DNA of 30,284 bases. Origin: Thermoproteota archaeon. Lineage in GTDB: Archaea > Korarchaeota > Korarchaeia > Korarchaeales > Korarchaeaceae. A program made the position numbers and the translations under genes. The notes below the pieces were generated by a model. It was not told where the DNA came from and did no database searches. It saw only the letters and a list, made by a program, of their open reading frames with translations. Below are positions 17,520 through 24,692 of this stretch, one piece after another (position 1 is the stretch's first letter; every line of letters starts with the position of its first letter). The stretch is taken from the NCBI GenBank assembly GCA_037917625.1, contig JAVCBY010000116.1, forward strand, positions 1 through 30,284, written 5' to 3'.

Positions 17520-18047
17520 TTGATCGTGGTCATAGGCGCTCCGGGATCGGGGAAGACGAGGATAGCTAAACTCATAGCTGAGAGATTGAGGTGCAAGTAT
17601 TTGAACGTTGGGGAGCTTTCGTTAGAGAAGGGCTACATTCTAGGCAGGGATGATGAGAGAGGATCCTATATAATAGATGAGGAGAGAGTGAGAGAGGAGA
17701 TATCTAAGATGGAGGATACTATCGTAGTTGAGACGATAAGTCCTTATGCGATCCCTCGGGACAAAGTATCCTTAGTTATTGCGGTGAGATGCAGGCCCTC
17801 CATACTCCTCGAGAGGCTGAGGGAGAGAGGATATTCTAAGAGCAAGATAAGGGAGAACTTGGAGTATGAGGCTATAGATGGTCCTCTCTTCGATGCCATG
17901 CAGATAGCTGATGTCAGTAAGATAATCGAGATAGATGGCTACGAGGGAAGTGATGAGGAAATCTATGATGCCCTGAGAGGTATTAGGAAAGGCATTGGGA
18001 GGTTCAATTGGACCCAAGATTTCCTCTCAATACTAGAGGAGGTATGA
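17520..18047 (+). CDS. AK6/Fap7-type adenylate kinase
   Basis: IVVIGAPGSGKT P-loop, LLERLRERGYSKSKIRENLEYE. The track's start at 17421 lies inside the antisense tRNA-Glu, so the start is TTG 17520 (or ATG 17496). Confidence 0.88.
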   Translation: MIVVIGAPGSGKTRIAKLIAERLRCKYLNVGELSLEKGYILGRDDERGSYIIDEERVREEISKMEDTIVVETISPYAIPRDKVSLVIAVRCRPSILLERLRERGYSKSKIRENLEYEAIDGPLFDAMQIADVSKIIEIDGYEGSDEEIYDALRGIRKGIGRFNWTQDFLSILEEV

Positions 18048-18237
18048 GTGAGATCACTATTTGTGATAAAGCATTGAGAAAAGATTTACGAAATTCTGTA
18101 CTACAGTTTTAAATATTAGTTAGCACGCAAAATTCTCAAGAATTTTTAATGATATAGTGGTCCGCTTAATACTTTATATCTAAGGGCCTCCGCACGATCC
18201 CGGGGAAATTTTTATTTAGGTAAGATCCTTAAGCAGG

Positions 18238-18313
18238 GGGCCGGTGGTCTAGTGGCTATGACGCCGCCTTGACGAGGCGGAGGTCGTGGGTTCGAGTCCC
18301 ACCCGGCCCACCA
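18238..18313 (+). tRNA. tRNA-Val (anticodon GAC)
   Basis: Same body as the tRNA at 13522, with anticodon loop TTGACGA. CCA encoded at 18311-18313. Upstream GGGAAA-TTTTTATT promoter. Confidence 0.97.
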
Positions 18314-18326
18314 AAAAGGTGGGAAG

Positions 18327-18608
18327 ATGGCGAGGTATTCGATTGCTAGATTAGCTAATAAGCCTGTCATCACGGATCAGGGGCTCCTGCTAGGTGAGGT
18401 TACCGATCTAGTCGTTGATGAGATATCGGGAAAGGTGATCTCCCTGATAATCAGGAGCAATAGGGGGGCTGCTGATGCACTACTGCAGAAACTCAAGAGG
18501 GATAGGAAGGGGAATGTCCTCATACCATATTCTACAGTCAAGTACATCAGGGAGATGATAGTGGTAGATGAGAGGCTTCTGAAGGTCTACATAGCTACTA
18601 AGGGCTAG
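18327..18608 (+). CDS. PRC-barrel protein (CdpB-like)
   Basis: LANKPVITDQGLLLGEVTDLVVDEISGKV...IPYSTVKYIREMIVV matches the PRC-barrel pattern. Confidence 0.85.
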   Translation: MARYSIARLANKPVITDQGLLLGEVTDLVVDEISGKVISLIIRSNRGAADALLQKLKRDRKGNVLIPYSTVKYIREMIVVDERLLKVYIATKG

Positions 18609-18861
18609 GACTCATCCTCTTATATAAAAACTCAGCTATATCTTCCGATAGGTTAGAGAGAGCGTACTTCAATCCCATCCTCCTATCCGCTTCTAAGGAT
18701 TCCTCTAAGATCTTTACCCTATCTGGCCTGCCTATCTCATCATATATCTCCCTGAATAGATCTCTCAGTTCCTCCATTATCTCATCATCAGGACCTTCAA
18801 ATATAGCTCGCCTCGAGAGGTACCTCAACTTAGAATTCAATTGGAGCACTCGGTCGATCAT
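18598..18861 (-). CDS. Small helical hypothetical protein
   Basis: 87 aa, genome-typical codon use, fills the gap between genes. Confidence 0.65.
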   Translation of the reverse strand: MIDRVLQLNSKLRYLSRRAIFEGPDDEIMEELRDLFREIYDEIGRPDRVKILEESLEADRRMGLKYALSNLSEDIAEFLYKRMSPSP

Positions 18862-18921
18862 CCCATCATCAGCTAATCTCTTTTTAATCTGAATGTTCAG
18901 CGAAGCTTAGGTGAAAGTTAC

Positions 18922-19254
18922 TTGAGTAAAGTCAGGCTGAGTTCGGTTAGGAGTGATCCCATATTCGATATAGATATACTGAGTTTCGAGTCACTAGATG
19001 GGTCGTTCGAGGCGACTCTAGAGTTTCCCAAGGGTCTCATCGAACTGAAGGAGGGCATGGAAGCGGATTTAACGCTGGGGGAGGAGGGTGAGGGGGATAT
19101 AATAATGAAGGGGATTGTCTATAAGTTTGATGATTCTTCCAAAACTATTGAAATATCATTCCATGGACTCCTGATGAAGTTGACTTACTCAAGGGCAGCA
19201 CCGTTCAAACTTAGCCAAGGAGAGGAGGTCTATCTAACGATAAAGTTCGCTTAA
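18922..19254 (+). CDS. rpo8: RNA polymerase subunit Rpo8 (Rpb8 homolog)
   Basis: IIMKGIVYKF...ISFHGLLMKL...VYLTI matches the Rpb8 YVMxGxVY...SFGGLLMxL signature. SD AGGTGA upstream. Confidence 0.85.
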   Translation: MSKVRLSSVRSDPIFDIDILSFESLDGSFEATLEFPKGLIELKEGMEADLTLGEEGEGDIIMKGIVYKFDDSSKTIEISFHGLLMKLTYSRAAPFKLSQGEEVYLTIKFA

Positions 19255-19265
19255 TTACGAAACTA

Positions 19266-19280
19266 TTTTTTTATTTTTCT
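19266..19280 (+). terminator. T-rich terminator after rpo8
   Basis: TTTTTTTATTTTTCT shortly after the stop codon. Confidence 0.6.
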
Positions 19281-19318
19281 GGAGGAAAAGATTAATATTT
19301 GTGAATATTGATATCATC

Positions 19319-19918
19319 ATGATGGAAGAAGAGGAGGAGTTCCTAGGAATTCCTTTCGAGGGGTATGGGAAGCTCCCTGAAGGGAGGAGCAGGACCAAGG
19401 AGATAGTTAGGGATCTAGGGCTACCTGATGAGGTTGAAAAACTTGCGAGCGAATTATTCAGGAGGTATAGGATTAGCGGGAGGCGAGCACGCTTAGCAGC
19501 TATAGCTAGTGTAGCTTTAGCGAGTAGGATATATGGATTCGCGATCCCAATCAAGAAGATAATGGAGGAAGTTGGCCTTAAAGCGTCGCGTAGAGCTCTA
19601 CTAAGATCGATGAGTATGATGAAAACTGGAGGTGTAGAATGGGACGCTTATCTTAACTACGCCTTGATGAAAGTCTCGGAGGAGCTGCCGCCTTTAGTTA
19701 GGGAGAGGCTAATGATAAACGCCAAAAGAGAAATGATAAAAATCTTGAGGAGGAGAGAGCTCATATTAGGTCGTAATCCTTTTCACATAGTCGCTTTAGC
19801 TATTTACTTTGCAGCTAGGAGGAGTGGTCTCCGAATTACGTTGAGGATGATAGCCTCGAATCTAGGAGTGAGTGAGAGCTCGGTTCGCAGAGTGAAGAGG
19901 TTGATTAAAGATGGATGA
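19319..19918 (+). CDS. TFB/TFIIB core-only paralog (two cyclin folds + HTH, no Zn ribbon)
   Basis: Repeat 1 LGLPDEV...SGRRARLAAIASVALASR; repeat 2 GRNPFHIVALAIYFAAR...ITLRMIASNLGVSESSVRR. No Cys in the protein. GAAAAG-ATTAATAT promoter at 19285-19298. Confidence 0.8.
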   Translation: MMEEEEEFLGIPFEGYGKLPEGRSRTKEIVRDLGLPDEVEKLASELFRRYRISGRRARLAAIASVALASRIYGFAIPIKKIMEEVGLKASRRALLRSMSMMKTGGVEWDAYLNYALMKVSEELPPLVRERLMINAKREMIKILRRRELILGRNPFHIVALAIYFAARRSGLRITLRMIASNLGVSESSVRRVKRLIKDG

Positions 19919-20042
19919 GGAGTTCTTCTTCGAGATAGAGACCTTAAAGAATCAGATAGAGTACCTATTCTTCAAACTGGAGGAAGTTATGAGGAAGATA
20001 GAGTCTATCGAGGAGAGGCTATCTAGGATGGGAGGAGAATGA
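19911..20042 (+). CDS. 43-aa acidic coiled-coil microprotein
   Basis: Not in the track: MDEEFFFEIETLKNQIEYLFFKLEEVMRKIESIEERLSRMGGE. Overlaps the upstream gene by 8 nt and the downstream ATG by ATGA; heptad hydrophobic pattern. Confidence 0.8.
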   Translation: MDEEFFFEIETLKNQIEYLFFKLEEVMRKIESIEERLSRMGGE

Positions 20043-21685
20043 CTATTAAAAGGGAAGATCTAGATATTTACTTATTGATTGCTGCCTTAATAATTCTATT
20101 ATTTTTTAAGAACTACGGAAATATAGTGAAGATTTTAATGAATTTATCCATGTATTTATTCATGATGCTCGCTGCCGTATCTTTAATCCTCCTCATCAAG
20201 GTGAAGAAGCCCCTACCCCGCAAGGGTCTCTTAGTAGTTCCAGCTAGGCTCTCTGTTTACGATAAAGATGCAAATATAAACTTGAATAAGATAAAGGATA
20301 TTGCAGAAGAAATGGGATTTAGGATAATATTTTTAATATCAATCGGGAAGGGCGCCGGGTTCATGGGGAGGAGCTCGGGGAGGGTCTCCTATAAGGTGCT
20401 CCTCTTAGGGAAGGATAGGGAGCTTATAAGAGCGGGAGCTTCAGCTATAAACAGTACCTCAGAGGGGTTCAAGATAGAGCTTATGGAGAGGAGCCTAAGC
20501 CCAGATTTAGCTCAGGAAATAATTGAAATTTGTGATGAGAGTGAGGTAGCATCTATAGGGGTCGGGAGGAGCTCTGAGAGGGATGAGCCCTTATTGGAGC
20601 TCGGGGAGAGGAGGGGTAGAGTCGTAGGAATTCCGGTAAGCGAGTTGACTAAGCATACATTAGTTATCGGACAGACAGGATCTGGAAAAACAACGACGGT
20701 CAAGAGAATTATATATGAAGCTTGGAACCTTGGAATACCATCTTTAGTGCTCGATTCCCACTGGGAGTATCGGAACTTGATCTTCGGGATGGGAGGCAGG
20801 ATATTCTGCAGTAGAGCGGGATATCCGCAGATATGCATAAATCCTCTGATCTCAATACCTAAGGGAGAGAAAGAGATATTCTTAGTAGCTGAGACATTAT
20901 CTTCCCTCTTAGACCTCACGCCTTCCCAGTTCTACTTACTCCTGAAGGCATTAAGAAGGTTAAGCGATATTTCAAGCGAGAAAAATCCGCCTAATATATA
21001 CGATTTACTTATGGAGATTAAGGGTTTCTCAGTGAGTTCCCAACCTGAGGAGGAGAGCAGGGCTTCACTCGTGAGGAAGTTAGAGCCATTAGTCTCTGGG
21101 GGTGGGGAGGCTATTTTCAAATGTGACAATATACTTTCAACGGGTTTTGAGGAGGTCCCCACGCTCTTAGAGCTAGGAGATATAGAGAGCGATCTCCAGA
21201 AGAGGTTAGTAGCGTTCTTCACTCTGAAGAGGATAAAAGACTACTATATAAGGGAGGAAGCTAAGTCCAGATATCCTAGGCTCATAGTCGTACTTGAGGA
21301 AGCTGAAAAGTTGATCCCCTACTATAAGGATCAGATTGGTATGGAGCTCATCAGCAGGCTATTTGCGGAGCTTAGGAAATTCGGAGTAGCATTAATATTG
21401 GTCTCTCAGAGCCTCTCTGAGATACCTGAAGGAGTTGTGAGGAATGCTGGAATTAAGATAATCCATAAGGTTGAATCCCCAAGCGATCTAAGGTCTCTGA
21501 GGGCCTTCATAAGGGAGAAAAATATTATGGATAAGATACTGACCTTAGCTCCCGGTGAATGTATAATGAATCTCCCGGGAGGCTTAGAGAGCTTGCAAGT
21601 GAGGCCTGTGGATGAGTTACCGCTCAGTAGGGAGTCCTTGGATGAAGCGATCATGATGAACTCATTTTATTGGATCTCAAGATGA
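20039..21685 (+). CDS. Membrane-anchored HerA/VirB4-family ATPase (DUF87; CedB-like architecture)
   Basis: Two N-terminal TM helices; HTLVIGQTGSGKTT, VLDSHWEY, IVVLEEAE, ELRKFGVALILVSQS. SD GGAGG upstream. Confidence 0.88.
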   Translation: MTIKREDLDIYLLIAALIILLFFKNYGNIVKILMNLSMYLFMMLAAVSLILLIKVKKPLPRKGLLVVPARLSVYDKDANINLNKIKDIAEEMGFRIIFLISIGKGAGFMGRSSGRVSYKVLLLGKDRELIRAGASAINSTSEGFKIELMERSLSPDLAQEIIEICDESEVASIGVGRSSERDEPLLELGERRGRVVGIPVSELTKHTLVIGQTGSGKTTTVKRIIYEAWNLGIPSLVLDSHWEYRNLIFGMGGRIFCSRAGYPQICINPLISIPKGEKEIFLVAETLSSLLDLTPSQFYLLLKALRRLSDISSEKNPPNIYDLLMEIKGFSVSSQPEEESRASLVRKLEPLVSGGGEAIFKCDNILSTGFEEVPTLLELGDIESDLQKRLVAFFTLKRIKDYYIREEAKSRYPRLIVVLEEAEKLIPYYKDQIGMELISRLFAELRKFGVALILVSQSLSEIPEGVVRNAGIKIIHKVESPSDLRSLRAFIREKNIMDKILTLAPGECIMNLPGGLESLQVRPVDELPLSRESLDEAIMMNSFYWISR

Positions 21686-21720
21686 TCTTCCCCTCTATGA
21701 GCTTAGTAATGAATGTGAAA

Positions 21721-21781
21721 GGCGGGTCAGTACTCAAGATCATCCTCACAGTTCGGCGGGCCGTTTACCTCATCCACCGCC
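21721..21781 (-). ncRNA. Box C/D 2'-O-methylation guide sRNA
   Basis: GGCGG-TGGATGA(C)-GGTAAACGGCCCG-CCGA(D')-ACT-GTGAGGA(C')-TGATCTTGAGTA-CTGA(D)-C-CCGCC. 61 nt, 13 and 12 nt guides, terminal stem, intergenic, TTTAAATT TATA at 21810-21803. Confidence 0.85.
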
Positions 21782-21925
21782 TATTAGGAACCTCTGATGG
21801 ATAATTTAAAGATTTAGCTGATCCACTTCCACGTGTTGAGTGATCCACTACATGCTCAATAGATTCCTTAGGGAGCTCCCGAGCCCTCAAGAATATTTTT
21901 AAGCCTAAAGTTTAGGTGATTCGTT

Positions 21926-22267
21926 ATGGACGATAGAATTATCAGAGATTTGAGTGAGATCATAAGGAAGGTAAAGGCTGGTGAGGGAGTGGATAAGAGT
22001 AAGATCGAGGGGATAAAGAAGTCTATATCTGGTGTGGAGGATCCGATCCTCAGGAAGCACCTACTCGCCCTAGTTGAGGAGATAGATAGGGGTTACGAGG
22101 AGGGAGACATCTTGAGCAAATTGCTCCTACATGAGAGCTCGGAGGTAACTAAGATGAAGAGCGCTATCCTCGAGTTCATGTATGAGGAACCATTCGAAGG
22201 GCTAGATCTCAAGCGGACCCTAGAGTTCTGGAGGAGGCTTCTGGAATCCCTTGAGAGGAAAAAATAA
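21926..22267 (+). CDS. Hypothetical charged helical protein
   Basis: AGGTGA SD and TTTTTAA TATA upstream; typical codon use. Confidence 0.8.
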   Translation: MDDRIIRDLSEIIRKVKAGEGVDKSKIEGIKKSISGVEDPILRKHLLALVEEIDRGYEEGDILSKLLLHESSEVTKMKSAILEFMYEEPFEGLDLKRTLEFWRRLLESLERKK

Positions 22268-22377
22268 ACATTTTATCGTTTGTTTCTGAAAATTCTATTC
22301 TTTAAACGCTGCTATAGTTTAACAATTGAGCTTAATAATAGCTCTCGCTATATAGATAGTTCCTGAAGAGAGTACTA

Positions 22378-23517
22378 CTAAACTTTACTACCCTTTATCG
22401 AGTACCTGCCCGTTTCAGTCTTGTAGACGATCCCCTCCCTCATTAGCTCAGATATTAAAGCATTAGCTTCAATCAGCTTCAAGCCCCAGACTCTTGAAGC
22501 GTCTACCAATGAAAAAGATGTTCCTGGTGGGAATTTCTTCCTTAAGGCATCGAATTCCTCCTTTAAACCATCAGGTATTTTCTCCTCGAGAATCCCTCCT
22601 TCCGGTGGGGTTTCCTTGCCCTCATCCGCCGACTTAACTATTTGAAGGACTTTTTCCTTGCTCAATTTTCCACTTTCCCTCAACTCCTTAGTCAATACTG
22701 CTAAGACATTCCTAGCAAGTTTCATCAACTTTCTAGGATTGCCCTCCGCCATCTCATTCATCTTAATGACGAGATCCTCTGTGAATGGTTCATCCATCCC
22801 GAAATCTCTAGCTTCTTTGTTCATTAAAGCTCTATAATATTCTAACCTCTTCTTCAGGATCCTGCTAGCTTCAGCCGGACTGAGCCTCTTCATCTCGATC
22901 TTCTCATGGGGCACATCCATGAGCCTCTTCACTATATCGTAAGCTGGAGGGATGCACCCTATGACTATCGCTTTACCCCCATTGAGTCTCTGGAAGATCC
23001 TTGAGATAGCTTTAGAGAAAAGCTCGGCATCCTTCCTGGTCCCAAACACGACAACGTTCTCTACTTCATCGAGGAGGAGGGCTGCTAGATCATAGCTATT
23101 GAGCTCATTTATTATAATCTCTATCAGCTGATCGGGATCCTTGGGGATCCTCCTCTTCAACAACTTAACAGGTATTCCGCTCTTGATCACGTGAGCGACC
23201 CTATATATAGCTGTGCTGAAATCGTCGACATCTATCTTAACATAGAATGTGGAAGCTTCTTCTAATATTTCACCGATGAGCCTCAACCTATGAGTTTTCC
23301 CGGTTCCGAACTCCCCAACTAGGAAAATTAACCTCTTCTCCCTATTTTTGACGACTTTATCGAGAATATCAGCCAATTTCTCATCAATATCGGTATCCAC
23401 ATGAACTTCCCTTACTTCTTCAAGGCTCTCACTGCTCAAGTAAGCGAAAGGATTTGCTCTAAGCATCCATCTCAGATAGCCAGCCTCAATCACCTTGATG
23501 TCACTCTCATCAGGCAT
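22378..23517 (-). CDS. AAA+ ATPase with C-terminal winged helix
   Basis: N-terminal NPF, Walker A GEFGTGKT, Walker B LLLDEVE, sensor-II-like AEGNPRKL, C-terminal wHTH FSLVDASRVWGL...ELMREGIVYKTETGRY. Confidence 0.85.
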   Translation of the reverse strand: MPDESDIKVIEAGYLRWMLRANPFAYLSSESLEEVREVHVDTDIDEKLADILDKVVKNREKRLIFLVGEFGTGKTHRLRLIGEILEEASTFYVKIDVDDFSTAIYRVAHVIKSGIPVKLLKRRIPKDPDQLIEIIINELNSYDLAALLLDEVENVVVFGTRKDAELFSKAISRIFQRLNGGKAIVIGCIPPAYDIVKRLMDVPHEKIEMKRLSPAEASRILKKRLEYYRALMNKEARDFGMDEPFTEDLVIKMNEMAEGNPRKLMKLARNVLAVLTKELRESGKLSKEKVLQIVKSADEGKETPPEGGILEEKIPDGLKEEFDALRKKFPPGTSFSLVDASRVWGLKLIEANALISELMREGIVYKTETGRYSIKGSKV

Positions 23518-23621
23518 TTATTTACCCTCTCTCACTTCCCCAAGTTGAGTGACGTATCGAATTTATATACGCTTCCATCAAGTTAAAAAAAGCTATACGA
23601 CTAAGGGGTAAGGTGACTTCG

Positions 23622-24620
23622 ATGGAAAAAGTTAAGGGAATGATAATAGCCTCTCTCATCATTATGACGCTCCTAGCTCCTCTAATCATAGCTAATGCAG
23701 ATATCCTATCCGATAAGCCCTACTACATAACTACCGAGCTCGGGGTCTTCTTCCACACGGAATCCAGAGCGACGCTCACACTCAGTTACAGTTGGTATGG
23801 GATGATGGCGAATGATATAGAGAACTTACTCTCAAAATACCCGGGAGGAGAGGAGAACTACACGAAGGGTTTCATAAATTACGTGAAGGAGAACGTGGAT
23901 GGCCCATTCATAGCGGGTGACTTCGAATTATATCCCAATAAGATGGAAGCTAAGATATCGAGGGAGAGGGAGGGAAATTATACCAAGAGGGTGAGCTTAA
24001 CTCTCACAGTAGAGCTGGAGGCTAGGAAGGGGACTCCTAAGATAAGCGAGGGGAGGAAAGGTATAATCTATTCAACTAGGGAGGATATGTGCAATCTCTC
24101 GAAGATATACGTGAAGGAAGTGGATCTTCTAAACGTTTCAGTAGTGCTCCCTAAGGATTACGTGATAAGCATTGTGAGGCCCACGCCTAACTCAATATAC
24201 ACAGTTAACTCGAGCGATGGTATAAGGGTCGTGGCTTCCTGGATCATAAGGAATCCATCGGTTGATACTAGGGGGACAGCTGGCTATAGCGGTTGGTTCT
24301 TCATTGGAGCAGCGAATCTGACGAGGGATGAAGTTGAGAAGATAAACTCCTTGAGGAAGAGCATATCAGACCTTAGGAGGCAAGCTTTAATCCCTCTAGA
24401 TGAGAGAGGGAAAGCGAAGGCTAGGGAGTTATTCGACTTGTTTTACTTGTTCTCCACTAGAGCCCCATACTCCCTCGATAAGGATTTGAGCTATGCATTG
24501 AGCCTAGCTAATGAGATCCCTAAGCTACCAGTCAGTTTAGATACTATCGTTCTGATAATATCCGCTCTAATCGTGATCGCTGAGATAGCTTTTTATTTGT
24601 TGCGAACTAGGAGGGGGTAA
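23622..24620 (+). CDS. Secreted, C-terminally membrane-anchored surface protein
   Basis: Signal peptide (KVKG + hydrophobic stretch + ANA), beta-rich core with several NxS/T sequons (NYT twice, NLS, NVS, NSS, NLT), C-terminal TM + RTRR. The track's GTG 23613 is part of the AGGTGA SD for ATG 23622. Confidence 0.8.
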   Translation: MEKVKGMIIASLIIMTLLAPLIIANADILSDKPYYITTELGVFFHTESRATLTLSYSWYGMMANDIENLLSKYPGGEENYTKGFINYVKENVDGPFIAGDFELYPNKMEAKISREREGNYTKRVSLTLTVELEARKGTPKISEGRKGIIYSTREDMCNLSKIYVKEVDLLNVSVVLPKDYVISIVRPTPNSIYTVNSSDGIRVVASWIIRNPSVDTRGTAGYSGWFFIGAANLTRDEVEKINSLRKSISDLRRQALIPLDERGKAKARELFDLFYLFSTRAPYSLDKDLSYALSLANEIPKLPVSLDTIVLIISALIVIAEIAFYLLRTRRG

Positions 24621-24692
24621 TACTTTCACATACCCCTCCCCTGCTATATAGTACCGAAACGAAATTATTTTATTGAATCCCTTAGCCTGGGT

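Noticed and set aside
17393-17596. Minus 67-aa ORF and the 17421 start of the kinase
   Set aside because: Both overlap the tRNA-Glu gene.
13522-18313. Integrated element bounded by tRNA-Val repeats (attL/attR)
   Set aside because: Both copies are complete tRNAs with different anticodons and their own promoters; the interval holds housekeeping genes and no integrase.
24621-24692. Replication origin upstream of cdc6
   Set aside because: Only 72 bp; G/C runs are present but no repeated ORB-like TCCA-N-TGGAAAC element was seen.
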